Part shown: in pieces, positions 42,771 through 57,161 of the stretch
Layout of the letters: the number at the start of each line of letters is the position of its first letter
How positions within the stretch are numbered: position 1 is the stretch's first letter
DNA from: Chrysomallon squamiferum
Taxonomy: Eukaryota > Animalia > Mollusca
DNA length: 64,000 nucleotides
Direction: 5' to 3'
NCBI GenBank assembly: GCA_012295275.1
Contig: CM022671.1
Span: 14,384,001-14,448,000 of the forward strand
The notes under the pieces: model-generated
The model's input: only the letters and a program-made list of their open reading frames with translations
What the model was told of the DNA's origin: nothing
Databases searched by the model: none
Position numbers and translations under genes: made by a program

Positions 42771-44333
42771 TCTTATTGGAATTTATTTATTACATAGCTG
42801 TTTTGAATTCCGTTTTCTTATTTGGTCATAATATATTTATACAAGATAGTACACACAAAAATTGCATTCTAATGGATGACAACGATATTTTACCTTTTTT
42901 TTTTTTTTTTTTAATTGTTTTTTTTTTTGTCCTGGAGTTAACAATGGGAGTTGGTGATTTTAACGTTGAAAGGAGTGGGAAAGAGACTTAATCTTACGTT
43001 GTATATTTTTACTGTATTACATTAAGCATTTCTTAGGAAATCGGGCATGTTTCTAAATGATCCCTTCAGGAGAGAACTCCGGAAAAGTACTGAATAAACC
43101 ATCATACAAGAAAATTTAATATACTGCTCGTATTTCCATTTCTTTTTCTATGTTTTACTTTCTTTTTTGTTTTTACTGTGGTTCCACAGAAAATATTTTA
43201 GACCTTTTAAATAAAAACCTGCAGGCTAAATTTACGATAGAATCTGAATATAAATTAAATATTTATGGAATTTAATGCGAAAATTTGTTTATACGTGGAT
43301 TAAACTGATGCAGCCATTCATTTGTTTTTTCTTTTACCCGTAGATTTTTTTTTTAATTAATTTGTATTTATTGCTATTTCTTTCTTTATTTCTTTATCTT
43401 TCAAAACCACAGCTGATATCAACCTTCAGGTGAAACGCGAATTAATTACGCTGCTTTTTTGTATGTCGAAAAGTATTTAGCTGTAACTCATCCTATATAT
43501 CAGGGATTCAACTTGCAATAAAAAAAAAAAAAAAAAAGATAAAAGGTTCGTAAAAGCTAAGAAAATTATTACTTTACAAAAAAAATTAAAAATAAGTATT
43601 AATTTGAACTATAATATTTACCATACTGCTTATTTATTTATTTATTTATTTCTGAATTCAGTTATATTATTTTCGCTGCTGCAGAAATGCAGCTATAAAA
43701 CACTAAAAATACAGTGTGAGCATTTAATCTATTATTATTATTATTATTTGGTTAATCCTGAAAATGTAATATAAAAACACCACTGAATAACCGTAATTTT
43801 ACGTTTTTCAGAGGAACTGTTTTTTTTTTTTTTTAAAGGAACGACCACAAATAAATAAATAAATAAAGAAAGAAAGAAAGAAAGAAATAACAACAAAAAA
43901 TAATAAATAAAAAGGGTTTATATGATGTGGAATGTATGTCTCTGGATTCACATATGGAATAATTACATAACTGAACCAATGTGTATTTAAATTATTGTAT
44001 TAGAAAATAATTAAATACCTATCTTGATATCACTTTAAATCTTTCCATCTCACTGTACATAGCGAGATAACGATTAACTTCAAAATGTTTTGAAACAGTA
44101 ATATGATTCATATGCATTATTTCAAGTATATGAATATCGGGTGCATAAAGGTATGTTGCTGCTAATACATACAAACACATGCTCACATTTAAATAAAATA
44201 CTAAACAACAAATAGCCGTTACTATTCAAACACGTAAAAGTGTTTTTTAAAGAAATAATATATTCATATTCGTGACATACATGTCATTTTGTTTATCGGC
44301 AAGCACCTGTTTGGTTTCACCATCTTTCCAGAC

Positions 44334-46746
44334 ATGGTTCGATCTATTTTAATTGTTGTTGTCACTCTGTTTCTAGGTAAGTATGAAACGAATTATAATG
44401 TTGACTACTAAGTATGTAACGAAATATTAATTTTGAAATAATTATAATAATAATAAAAATACAATAATATCGTTTGTTCATCAGAATGAAAGAAATTTAA
44501 AGGAAATGAAAGAAATATATTTAAAAAAAAAATTTAAACATTTTAAAAATTATCAGTGGGCATATTCATTCATTCATTCATTCATTCAGTTATGTGTGTA
44601 CAAAGATGTATTGCTTTCGCTGCTGTAGAAATGCAGATATAAAACCCGAATAGTACTGTGAAAGTATTTCTTCTTGTTTCTAGCCAGAACCAGCGCCGAG
44701 CACCGGAAACTTCCAGCAGACGTCTGCCTTTTCTTTCAGTCCTCAGACTGCGCCACATTCAGACCGAGAATCATATGCGCTTCAAATGGAATCAACTATC
44801 CCAATGAGTTAGTATGACCATGCACATTTGTATGAATTAATAAGTTTTGGTTGACAACAACGAAAAAGATATACATATATATATATATATATATTTTGAT
44901 CTAGTTAATATAATTATATTTAATTAATTATGACATTTGTTGGAGCTTCAGAGATACTGCTAATCAAATTTACAAGTATCTTTCATTATATTTGTAGAAT
45001 AATGATTTTTAAAATTTCATAATTAATATTAAAGGTTTTATCATCATAATTTCAGATGCTATTTCTCAAAAGCCCACTGCAATGATACTTCAATACACAT
45101 GATATATGACGGAAAGGAGTGCCTACCGACTACAACAACATCTGATCATTTGTTATCAACAGTTCCAATATCAAGTCTTGATTGCAGTGTTATTAACAGG
45201 TTCAATTGCAGCTACTATAAGCCGAAACTTATCTGTGCGTCAAATGGACAGACATATAAAACTGAGTAAGTTAAACTGAAGACAGGCATTCAGCTTCTTC
45301 TTCAGGTCAAACACAGCAACTAATCAGTTAATAAAACCGAAAAACATGTCTGAAATCTCACACTCGCCTAGATTTAAGAATCAATTAATACTTAAGTATT
45401 ACGATGACGTTGAGTAATAACGGTGCTATATATATTACTATCACAAATACCGCTACTACTATTACTACTACTACAACTAAAACAAATACTATTATTTTAT
45501 TACTACTTTTTTCAGATGCGATTTTGCTAAAAATCGGTGCATAGATCCATCGCTTACGATAGTATCTACTGATCATGAGTGCCCATTGACGACACAGACA
45601 ACAGCCACAACCACAAACACGCAAACCAATGTAACATCGAGTACAACCGTCATCACTTCTCAGATATATACAAGAACCACAACACCTACACCAAGCACGA
45701 CAGCTGTAAACAAAACAGCAGCTAATCCCAATTCTTCGTTTGTTCTTCTCTGCCGTCTGCTTCACGCGGCTGAATGCTCGGATAACCTAAATGTTGTGTG
45801 CACAACAAACAACAATTATAGAAACACGTAAGTAATTAAACCACTATGGGAAGATGATGTATGTTGCTAGGTAGTAAATACATTAATAAACTGAATAAAA
45901 ACATATCAATAAAGTATATTGTTATCTTTTTTTTTATGTGAGTTATTTCAATATAATTTTATAATGTAATGTGATTTCACATTTGAATGTTTTACTGCTG
46001 TTTTTTTTGTTGTTGTTGTTGTGTCTTTTATTATTATTATTGTTGTTGTTGTTGTTGCTGTTTTTGTTGTTGTTGTTCGTTTTCATTTTCTGGACTCTGA
46101 AATAACAACATTTTATTTCAGATGTGAATATCAAAAAGCTAAATGTTTAAATCCCGAAATTCAGCATTTACATAATGGTTACTGTGGAGTGGGCGAAGGT
46201 ATTCCAAATAACCCGTCAGCCTATGAAATCGCGTGCCAAGATGTACTGAACACCACTTGCCCTAGCAACGGACCAGTTGTCTGTGACAACCACGGACAAA
46301 CCTACGCAAACCTGTGAGTAATTAAATACAATTAACGGAATGTGGCGTTTGTTTAAGATGTGACATTATCAGTTACTGACTAAATTTATTTATTTAGTTT
46401 TTTAAACTTAAATTCATGAACTCCAGTCATTGATATTTGAACTCTTTTAACATTTATTTTCTGGTAGTTTTGTTGTTGTTGTTGTTTTTCTTTGAAGCAC
46501 CAGAACATTATATAAACTAATGAAATTTGGTATCATAAGAAACGGATAAAACGGTAAAATATTCAGTTAATTTAATCGTATTACCATTTTACTGTAATGC
46601 TAGGCAAAACCAAAACAGTTCCAACTGTCAAATTTAAGGGATAAATTTTTTAATATTTCTTTCTTTTTTTCTACTATTGCAGTTGTAAATTTCGGAAAAC
46701 TAAATGTCTGCTGCATGGAATCGAATTAGCTGCCTGTTCTACGTAA
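44334..46746 (+). CDS. Secreted four-domain Kazal-like protein D with Thr-rich mucin-like linker; exons 44334-44376, 44684-44807, 45056-45265, 45516-45827, 46122-46313, 46683-46746
   Basis: Signal peptide MVRSILIVVVTLFLA; ICASNGINYPNECYFSKAHC, ICASNGQTYKTECDFAKNRC, VVCTTNNNYRNTCEYQKAKC and VVCDNHGQTYANLCKFRKTKC. Same intron phase as A-C. Confidence 0.85.
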
Positions 46747-47203
46747 CTTTTGATCCTGAATGAAAACCAGAATTACAGCTTAATAACAGAAACATGTTTT
46801 AAAATGCACAATGAAAACATTTCAATTATCCAAAATAAATGCATTTTGTAATATTATTTTTAATGTTTTGATTGTGTTGAGACTTAAACTTTAGACATAA
46901 TCGTAAATAAATATTTATAATAGCCACACTTGTTCGCTGTTCTATTTGGATCTTACTAAGCAATATATTATTTTAAATAGGCCTACATTGTGTGTGTGTG
47001 TGTGTGTTGAAGAAAATTAATTCGTACTACAAAATTATTACCGTGATGTAGGATTCATCAGCTACATATGACAGTATAAATGATTTAAAATATCACGCAT
47101 AAATGATGAGACAAAACACACACACACACAATTATAATAATAATAATAAAAAAAGACCGAAAGGTGAGCATCATTCCACATTCAGACAAATATGCACACA
47201 CGC

Positions 47204-47492
47204 ACAGGGCGTTGTTAACGCGTGAGAACGCAGAACAATTGCCCGGGGTCCAGTGAGCAGAGTGCCTCCACACTAATCTCTGCATGGTGTAACTTACTAT
47301 CAATAAATAAATAAATAATACTGTACTAAACTATAAATATGTGTTAATGGAAAATGCGCATTTAGTATGCGTTTTATTAAAGATAATGAACAATATTAAT
47401 GTTATTTTTTATAACAAGTGGGGCATTGTATAGGTAGGGGACCCTGTGTACTGCTTTGCCCGTGGGTCTATAAAGCATAAAGACAGTCATGT
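47204..47492. mobile_element. Possible degenerate MITE
   Basis: The ends CAGGGCGTTGTTAA... and ...TAAGACAGTCATG resemble decayed terminal inverted repeats. TTGCCCG-GG occurs near both ends of this GC-richer patch. Confidence 0.35.
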
Positions 47493-48000
47493 ACGAATAT
47501 AATGACAAACACACACACACACATTCATTTTGAATATCAATATGTACATGATTAAGTCCTATATCTTTGTTATCGACCAAATACCTAAACTTCGGAAGAA
47601 AATATGCTCCACTATGGAAAATTTGTTAAAAACTAAAATTTAATTTTTTTTTCATTTGCCGTACAGCAAAACTATTTGAATGCAATTTTAAATGGATCTA
47701 TTTTTAATGTAGTCATTGAGATTGTCTAAGGGGACGTAACTAACGATTTGGTATGTTCTGATTTCCGCTTAGTTCCCGCATTTATTCGAAATTGGCAATC
47801 GTACTAAATACTTACTTCTTTTGAATGTGATTACATCAACACCGTGACAGCAGACGTATTTGAGTAAAAGCTATTAGCAGTTTGAAAGGAATAACTGAGG
47901 TAACGATAAATATTCATTAGCAATGGTGTAATTTCAACACTCCTGTCGTTCTATCGTTTTTGACGACACTGATTATTTTGAATTTTATCTTCGCTTAAAA

Positions 48001-48041
<41 letters not shown>

Positions 48042-48285
48042 GCACACCCACATACATGCACTATTTAAATAATTTTGTCACTACATTTACAATGCTTCAT
48101 AATTTCTGAATTAAAAATGTGTCAACAGTTTGAAAATACCATAATGATGATAATCAAATAATAAATTACAAAGTGAAAGTAATAATATAAAATGATTTTT
48201 CATTGCTTGAAATCTAAAAAAAAAATGTCATTATTTAAATTACCAAAAATTTGTTTATTTCGTAATCATGTAGGAACAATACACA

Positions 48286-51200
48286 ATGTCTGAAGAAGAC
48301 ATTGATACTGCTAGACACCAGCTGGCTTGCTTTTCAATTGAAGAAAAGAAACCCTTGCAAGGTAATACTGTTTCTGTGCACTGTGTTTGAGACACAGTTT
48401 AGAAACCAGAACAAAAGATTTTAGCAAGATTTATAAGTCGAGTGTAAGATTTAATAGTGACTAGACTTTCTATTCATGTTAATAAATTTACAGATAGCTA
48501 CAGATATTCATCATTACGTGTATATTGAGGATGGTGAGCAAAAGAGGAGTATAAAGATTTGTGGAGCACAAGTGAATTTGTTTTATTCTTTTTTTTGGTG
48601 TAAGTATAAATACATGTTTTGATTTCTATTCAACATTTTACATTCTGAATCACGAACTTCTAAAACAATGGAATAAAAAATACATTTTTGCTATATATAT
48701 TTTCAGAGGTTCAGAACCTTCCTCAACGAGGGACTCCTATTAAACATGAGCCTCACTCAGAACTGCAGGTGAAAAGAGAAAATCCAGCGAGATCAGGTTC
48801 TGATTCCTCACCAAGTTTAACTGACCAAGTCAGATACAACAAACTAATTGCTAAAGGAAAAAAACTGACGAGTGAGGGATTCATTGCTGAAGCTTTAGAG
48901 ATCTACAGAAAAGCTTTGAAGCTTTTTTACAGTGAAAAACTTGCCAAAAAAATAAGTAAAATGGAGGTGTGTGTCATACTAACAGTATGAACATAAAAGC
49001 ACTAGTTGCACTAAATATACTGTATTATCATTTCTGTGCCCTGACATATTAATGTTTTAATAAACTATATCAAACATTAATATAGCATTTTTTAGTATAG
49101 TACATATCTGGATATTATTATTTAAATTGTTGTTTTTGCAGTACTGAAAAAGATAACACAATATCAGGACTACTTTTAATTGTTTTAAAATTAATTTATT
49201 TTTGGGAGGTCTCTATGTTAACAGCTGACCTTGGATGTATTGTTTCTTGTTTCATGTTCTTTTATTTAATTTAGGCTTATTTAAAAGTGTGCTCTAAAGA
49301 AAACTCTGATGATGATGATGATGATGGCAGTATGGTTCAGTTAGGAGATGGCTTCTACTTGTTCAAAGATCTTTCTAAGAACTTGTATGCTCACCAAACG
49401 GAAGGTGTTCTTTGGCTGTGGAGACTGTACCGTCGCCGAAAAGGTGGAATTCTTGGAGATGATATGGGGTAATGTCATCATTCAAAAATAACCTAATTAA
49501 GATTTTTATTAATTTTATTTTGTTGAAAAATTTCTTTTATTACATTCTTGTGTTTATATGCAAAACAAAATTAATTATTATAATATTTTTGCTTCCCAAA
49601 CTTATGAAAATACATGTTCATATTCAGCATGTAAAAAAACCCAAAATATTGATTGATTATTTTTTTATATTATTATTAATTTTCATTTATTTTTCTAAAA
49701 TGAAAAATCTGATGGAACTTTTATTTCAATGACATTATTTTGTGTTTTCAGTTTGGGAAAGACTATCCAGGTGATAGCATTTCTGTCTGGAATGTTTGAC
49801 ATGGACAAAGTAAAAACTGTTCTGATCATCAATCCTGTGTCAGTGATGTCAAACTGGCAGAAGGAATTCACAAAATGGTATTTCTGTTCCATGTAAAAAA
49901 AATTCTAGATGCATCTGTCACGAATCTGTTTTCTTAGTTCATTTGGCAAAACAAGATATTATATTTTTGTTTCAAATGTATGTATGTTCTCATCGTTATT
50001 TGATTAAACAAAATTTTAACACCAAAGGAAATGGTATGCCTCTTATTTTCTAGTTGACAGTTTCTAAATTTTATTATGTGTGCTGTTAGGGCCCCGGGAA
50101 TCAGAGTAACAGATTTTCACGGAACAAGTAAGAGAGAGCGAGAGAGATCGCTGGAAAAGATCCAGCGGCGAGGTGGAGTCCTGCTGACAACGTATGGAAT
50201 GGTGGTAACCAGCTGGCAGCAGCTCTCACAGCAAGATGGCAGAGAATTTGTCTGGGTCAGTTGAAGAAGCACTCGATTTATCTTTTAAAATATATTTTAT
50301 CCATTACAAAAAGCACCAAAACACCCAGGAATACTTTTCTTTGTTTTCCATTCAAGATTAACTGGTTAGAGATATACTAATGAGTAAAAGAAATTTATGA
50401 ACAGGTTTCTGATTTAAGGTTGAAATATACAGAAATACCAAGTCCTTTGTGTCCTGTAATGTGTGTTAAATATTAATTACTGAACTGTGATTCTCAATTT
50501 TTTCTAGGACTATCTTATATTGGATGAAGGTCACAAAATCAAAAACCCAACAAAGACCACTAAAGGAGTTCATGCCATTCCTGCTGTTAATCGTATTATT
50601 TTAACAGGGACACCAGTACAAAATAATCTACGTGTAAGTATTGTTCTTCTGTAAACCAAAAATCAAATTACATAACTAGAGTTCATTTGTATGTGGGTGA
50701 AGTGAAAATGATATTTTGAAATTTTAATTTCAGTATTCTTATCTTTCAGGAACTGTGGGCTTTGTTTGATTTTGTACACCAGGGGTCCTTGCTAGGGACA
50801 TCTAGGACATTCAAAATGGAATATGAAAATCCAATCACAAGAGTGAGATTTTGAATTAATTTTTTTATTGAAATTTTCCTTTTTATTTTATGATGCCTTC
50901 ATAGAGAAATTAAAAATGTAATTGTTAAATAAATTAATTTTATCAAGATTTTAAAATAATTATTACAATCTTGTTTACCTTTCCTATATGTATTTATGAG
51001 TAATATTTTTTTAAAGCTGTTATCTTTAAGCATTGCAATTGCATCAACCTTTATTTTAGTAATTATAATCTGAAATGTTAATTTTTGTGTTTAGTTTTTC
51101 AAGCATTATTAATGTGATAATAATGTTTTAATTTTATGAGTTTTATTTTAATAGTTTATGTATTAAAATGGATGTAAATTTGAAATGTTTCAGTCACGTG

Positions 51201-54200
51201 AAAAAGATGCAACAAATCACCAAAGAAAACTGGGTGAGGAGATGGCGCGTAGCTTAAAGAAAATCATTGAACCATATTTCCTACGTCGAACAAAAGATGA
51301 AGTTCAAGAAAGGAATCAGAACCGAAATGAAAATGATTTACAAGAAACTGATCAGGCAAAGTAAGTACTGCTCCTGATATTGAGAGAGCAGTGAATATCT
51401 TTGACAGATTTCATTTATTTATTTATCAGTGTTAAAAATATAAAACCAATCATTTTTTTTTTTACACATTTTCGCATGGTTTAATTTTTTAACTGGTTTA
51501 AGGCATTGAATCATTGAATAAAATATTACTTGCTGATAAAAGTAACCTGAACTAACTCTAATACTTTACTTCTGTATACAAAGAATATTGTCATATGTTT
51601 AGTCTTGATCTATATTTCACAGAAAACAAAAAACAAATTCATTTCATTAAACAAATTTATTAAATTTTTCTCTTGTACTAAGAATAGTGTCATGTGTTTA
51701 GTTTATTATTTGATCTATATTTCTCAGAAAACAAAAAAAACTAAACAAATTCATTACATTAATATAATTTATATAAAAAAATTGAGTTACAAGACAGTAA
51801 GAGTAATTTTTTGTTGTTTCTTTTTTAAAGAATTCCTTCAGTATTTCCATATATTTTTAAAATTAAAATTTTTTTTTTTATTTATTTTATTTTTTTTTAA
51901 TACTGTTTTCTAGAATGCCCTCATTGACAAGGAAAAATGATTTGGTGATTTGGCTGTTTTTATCTGCAGCTCAACAGAAAATATATGAAGACTTCCTTGC
52001 ATTGGACAGTGTTAAAGAGGTTAATGAATATAATTTGTATGAGAAGTGTGATAAACGCTGTTTGAAAAAACATTATCAATGAAAAGTATGGTTAAAAATA
52101 TGTATAAAAGGAAGGAGAAAAATATGTATAAAAGGAAGGAGCCTGATGTGATCATATGGTAACTGATATTATGGAATCTGTTAAGAGGTTTTTGCACTTG
52201 TAGTCATATGAATAATTATATGTATTAAAAAATATTTAGCTCTGATTAAAAATATCTTTTTTCTTCTTAAAAATAATTTTTATACACATTATATATTGAA
52301 ATATAAATTTATTGAAATAAATATTATCATAACTCCTTTTTCCAAACTAGACTGTTTTGAAATTAAACTTTTCATGATGTTTTTCAAGTTAAGTCCTTTT
52401 GTATTTTTAATTTAGAATTTAAAAAAAGATTAATAATTAAAATTATGTAGTGGTTTTCCTTTTAGTTGCTGATGACAACGAGATCTCCACTAGTAGCATT
52501 AACAGTGCTGAAGAAAATTTGTGATCATCCAAGATTGTTGTCAAAGAAAGCTGTTGCCCAGCTAGGTCTGGATGGAGCTGAGGGGTATGTAAAAATAATT
52601 ACACACTATTAGACAGACAGAAGTAATAAGTGTTCAGATATAAACAAATATTAAAACAGCATTTATCTTGGTTTGTTGCAAGAAAACAACAATAACAATA
52701 ATCACGTGTAGGTTTAGTGATGTGGAACACAACAGAAAATTATTCATAAAACTTGCTTATTGCTTCATGTTATAAGCAGAGAACAGAAATGAAAATATAA
52801 AAAATAGTAATAATAATTTAAACTAACAAAACCTCAACAAACTATAAAATAATTATGAATTACTAAATTATTAATAAAATGAAATTTAAGGTGCAAACAT
52901 TTTTTTTTCTTTTCTTATAATGAAGTGGGATGAGTGTAATTTTTGGTCAATTGGTTTTATATATATATATATATATGTAAACAGCATGTTATTTAATGAT
53001 GTTTCAGACTGGATGATTCTATGGTAGACAATCCTACTGCTTTGGAGAGTGCAGTGATGAACATTCACAATATAGAAAATGAAGTTCTCATCAACGAGTC
53101 TGGAAAACTTCAAGTTCTGATTCAGTTGCTGGACAACTTGAAGAGTGAGGGTCATCGAAGCCTTGTCTTCTCTCAGTCTCGCAAGATGTTAGACATTATT
53201 GAGAAAATCATCAGTACCAGGGTACATATAATTATACATAAAAGTAGATTTTATAAGTTTTTTTATTCAGCTTAAAAATTACACCACTGATTTTGAATCA
53301 GGGTCAGATGGTGTATAGTGTATTCTTCAGTATTTCTTTTAGAATGTTAATTCCTTTATTTAAATTTTGGGAAACCTAATTTTAAAAAATTGTAAAATAA
53401 TATTGGTAAATTCTACAAATATATACAATATTTAAGAAAAATATCTATATATTGCCAAATTTGAAATGCTTTCTGAAATATTCCATTTATGTTCAAGAGA
53501 TGCAGAAACCAAATTAACTAATATTAAGTTTTGCAAACTTGAAAATAAACATCTCTGCTCTAAACTGTTTTTGAACTGTTTCAGGGTCACAGAGTGATGA
53601 GGCTTGACGGAACAGTGAAACTGATCTGTGACAGAGACGAACGGATTAGAAAGTTCCAGAACGATGAATCATATTCTGTGTTTTTACTTACAACACAGGT
53701 TAATACACACTGAAAAAGTACATTTTAACATCGGAATTTATATAACAAAGGAGAAAAATATTTTAAAAATTAGTTTGGAAATTTAAAGAAAATTAATACA
53801 TAGAATAGTGAACAGAACATTTTTTAAACTTTCATTGCATTAGAATACTTATTGTGTGTTTTTAACGTGAGTCAGTGATGTGATTTCATTTCAGGTTGGT
53901 GGTGTTGGTTTGACACTTACAGCTGCAGATCGAGTCATAATTTGTAAGTTTCTTTTTTACTTTTTAAATATGAAGTTTTACATCTAAAGTTCTTTTGTTT
54001 AAAATAAAATATATTATATTGATACTAGATACAACATTACTATTATATGGTTTTTATTAAAATTAAAAAAACACAACTATTTTGTAACATTAGATGATCC
54101 AAGCTGGAATCCAGCAACTGATGCTCAGGCTGTGGACCGAGTGTTCAGAATAGGACAGAACAAAAACATTGTCATATACCGGCTGATCACATGTGGCTCT

Positions 54201-57119
54201 GTGGAGGAAAAAATCTACCGCAGACAGATTTTCAAAGATTCTATTACCCGACAAACAACAGGAGCCACGAAAAATCCTTACAGGTGAGTGGAAGCTATGA
54301 GATCTCAAAATGTTATAATTTCTGACAAGTAATATAAAAACTGTTTTCCTTGTTTCTAAAGAAAATAATTTTGGACCTGTTTTCTTGTATGTGGATTAGA
54401 ACAGTGATATGTCAATGACTTTACTACAACTGCTGGAGTTCCATTTCATTTCCCCAGCATTTGCAAGTGCTAATTTAATTGTTTCACATTAGCACATCAC
54501 TAATACTAGGAAGCTTCAATGGAATAATTTTCTTCAAAAATCTGTATATATATTGTGCCCTCCAAATAATAATGCATTTTTAGGTTATTTATGATTCCAT
54601 GAGCTTTCTTTTTATATTTGTATATTTCACAGTAACATATAATAACTAATTAAACAAAAAAGAAACCATAAGAAATAAAAAAAAAAAAAAAAATATGAAG
54701 TAGAAGTGTTAATTAAAATAAGTAAATAAATAAGTTTTTAGATAGTTTTGTTTTGCTAACACGATTTTAACCTGTTTTGTGCCTAGCAGCAACAAGTGCT
54801 AGTATTAATTCAAACCAGTACATTGTTGATGCTGGGAACAATTAAGGATACCTTCTGTTTCTTTCACTTCAAATCCTTTGTTTTTCTGTCAGCACTGATT
54901 GTTGTGGAATAATGAATATCTGAAATTGTGAAGGAGAAACCAACACTTGTCAAGTACCAGTGTTGTTTCATATTGAACATACTGTTTATTGTTTGTTTTC
55001 TCAAAGCAGATCTGTGGATATCAAGTCCAGATAGATCCTAGCAACAGCAAGTGCTTGTGTTAATTTCCAACATGCACACTGGTGTTTCCAGGAGTCTTCA
55101 GGATTCTTTCATTTCTTTCACGTTGAACGAGAAATAGTTATATTGTGGCCTAGCAACAGTGAGTGCTTTCGTTAGTGACATACAGTCTTACTAGGAATCT
55201 TCATGATTCTTTTACTTCCTTCCTGTCTCAAGAGATAGTTATATCGTATCCTAGCAACAGCAAGTGCTTGTGTTAATTTCCAACATGCACACTGTTGTTA
55301 CCAGGAACCACAGAACCGTGTATAGAACAAAATGTTCAGAGTGCTATTTTTTGTAGTGAATGTAAGTAAAAAATCCCTAGCAACAGCAAGTGCTTGTGTT
55401 AATTTCCAACATGCACACTGTTGTTACCAGGAACCACAGAACCTTGTATAGAACAAAATGTCCAGAGTGCTATTTTTTGTTGTGAATGTAAGTAAAAAAT
55501 CCCTAGCAACAGCAAGTGCTTGTGTTAATTTCCAACATGCACACAGTTGTTACCAGGAACCACAAAACTTTGTATTGAGCAAAATGACCAGTATGCTATT
55601 TTTTGTTATTTTTTGCTAAGAAGTGAATGAAGTACAAATCCCTAGCAACAGCAAGTGCTACTGAAACATTCACTAAGTAACACTGTGGTGTTGCAGGGTC
55701 CTGTATTTCATATTTTTGCTTCTGTCTATTTTATATAATTATTTTTGATGAATTCCTAATCAGCATATTCTTAGAGATAGCAAAAAAAGGTGTGTGCATG
55801 CGTTCGTGTGTGTGTGTTTGTGTGTGTTTAAAACTAATTTGTTTTAACCTTTCTCCTTTTCAAATAAATTCTTAACATTTGCATTCCTTAGGTTATATGA
55901 TCACATAAGTACAGTGACAGTTAGATCAGTAATGAAGTTAATATAAGCATTTATAAATGTGTAGCATTTACAGCACCCAGTCTATTTGCACAGCTCCTGA
56001 AGGGGATACTATCATACATACTGAGTAGCACAAAATATGCAGATTCAGAACTAAAATTGTTTCTCTCAATATCTTGATCACAAATTTCCAGGTCCCTAGC
56101 ATCTGTAAGTGCTAGTAGCTGTATTGAAACCATCACAAACAAATGCTAGAAAACTGGAATTCTTTTTCAATGTCTTAAAATTCATCTTTATTTTAATACA
56201 GCATAATGTATTGAACTGACAAAGCTAATTACTTGTCTATTTTTTTTTTTTTTTTTCCAGTTACTAATTACAGCCTAAAGTCTCCAAATATACAGTCATT
56301 ACTAAAATAGTATAAATATCCTTTAAATGATTTTTCAAATAATGTGATACATTATGGTATAATGAGAATTTTGTAAATTTGTCTTGAAAATAAGAATCAA
56401 TTCTTAATCTTTGAAGGTGCTGATTAACAAACTGATTATACCTGGCATCAAATTGGTGCAGGAATTGCTTTTTTTTTCACCTGCAACAAAATGATACAGG
56501 TATGATTAGCAAATTCTTGAATTATAAATTACCACATATAATCATTAGTGTTTAAAGACTTTATTATTTGTAATTGGTTAGTTTTTAATTATCAGTATTC
56601 ACTGTTAATTTTAAATTTTTAACATATATAAATGTTATTTATTTGTAATATTGTTTTCATACTTACAAGAACCACTAGTTCATCAGTATTACAAATAACT
56701 TCAAAAATCCATGTAAAAAAAATCTAGTTAAACATTTTCTAGTATTTGTTTTGTTAATCTTTTTGTTTTCTTCTTTTAGTTCTTAAAAATAGAGTTGTAT
56801 ACTTGTCAGATTATCTGGCAGGTGTCAGATTTGGGGACATCAGGGGACAGAACTGCCCCACCTGGGTCCGGCATTTACAAGTGCTAATGACTCATCTTTG
56901 ATTAGCACATTGTAAATGTAGACACAGGGAGGGTGTCAAGGTGTATACACAGTCTATATAAACATACATACATCTATATCTATATAAACACTATAATTTT
57001 AATAAAGTGTTAAATAAGAAGTAATATTTTTACTTGTTAGTTATTTTAAAATAATTATGAAAAAAAAACCCTCAATATAATCATAACCCAATATTAAACT
57101 TGTATATTATTTTATTAAA

Positions 57120-57161
<42 letters not shown>

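Noticed and set aside
54450-56925. AAGTGCT on the + strand as a miR-430/302-type seed
   Set aside because: On + it lies at the loop-proximal 3' end of the 5' arm, not at seed position, and G-U asymmetry mostly favours the minus strand.
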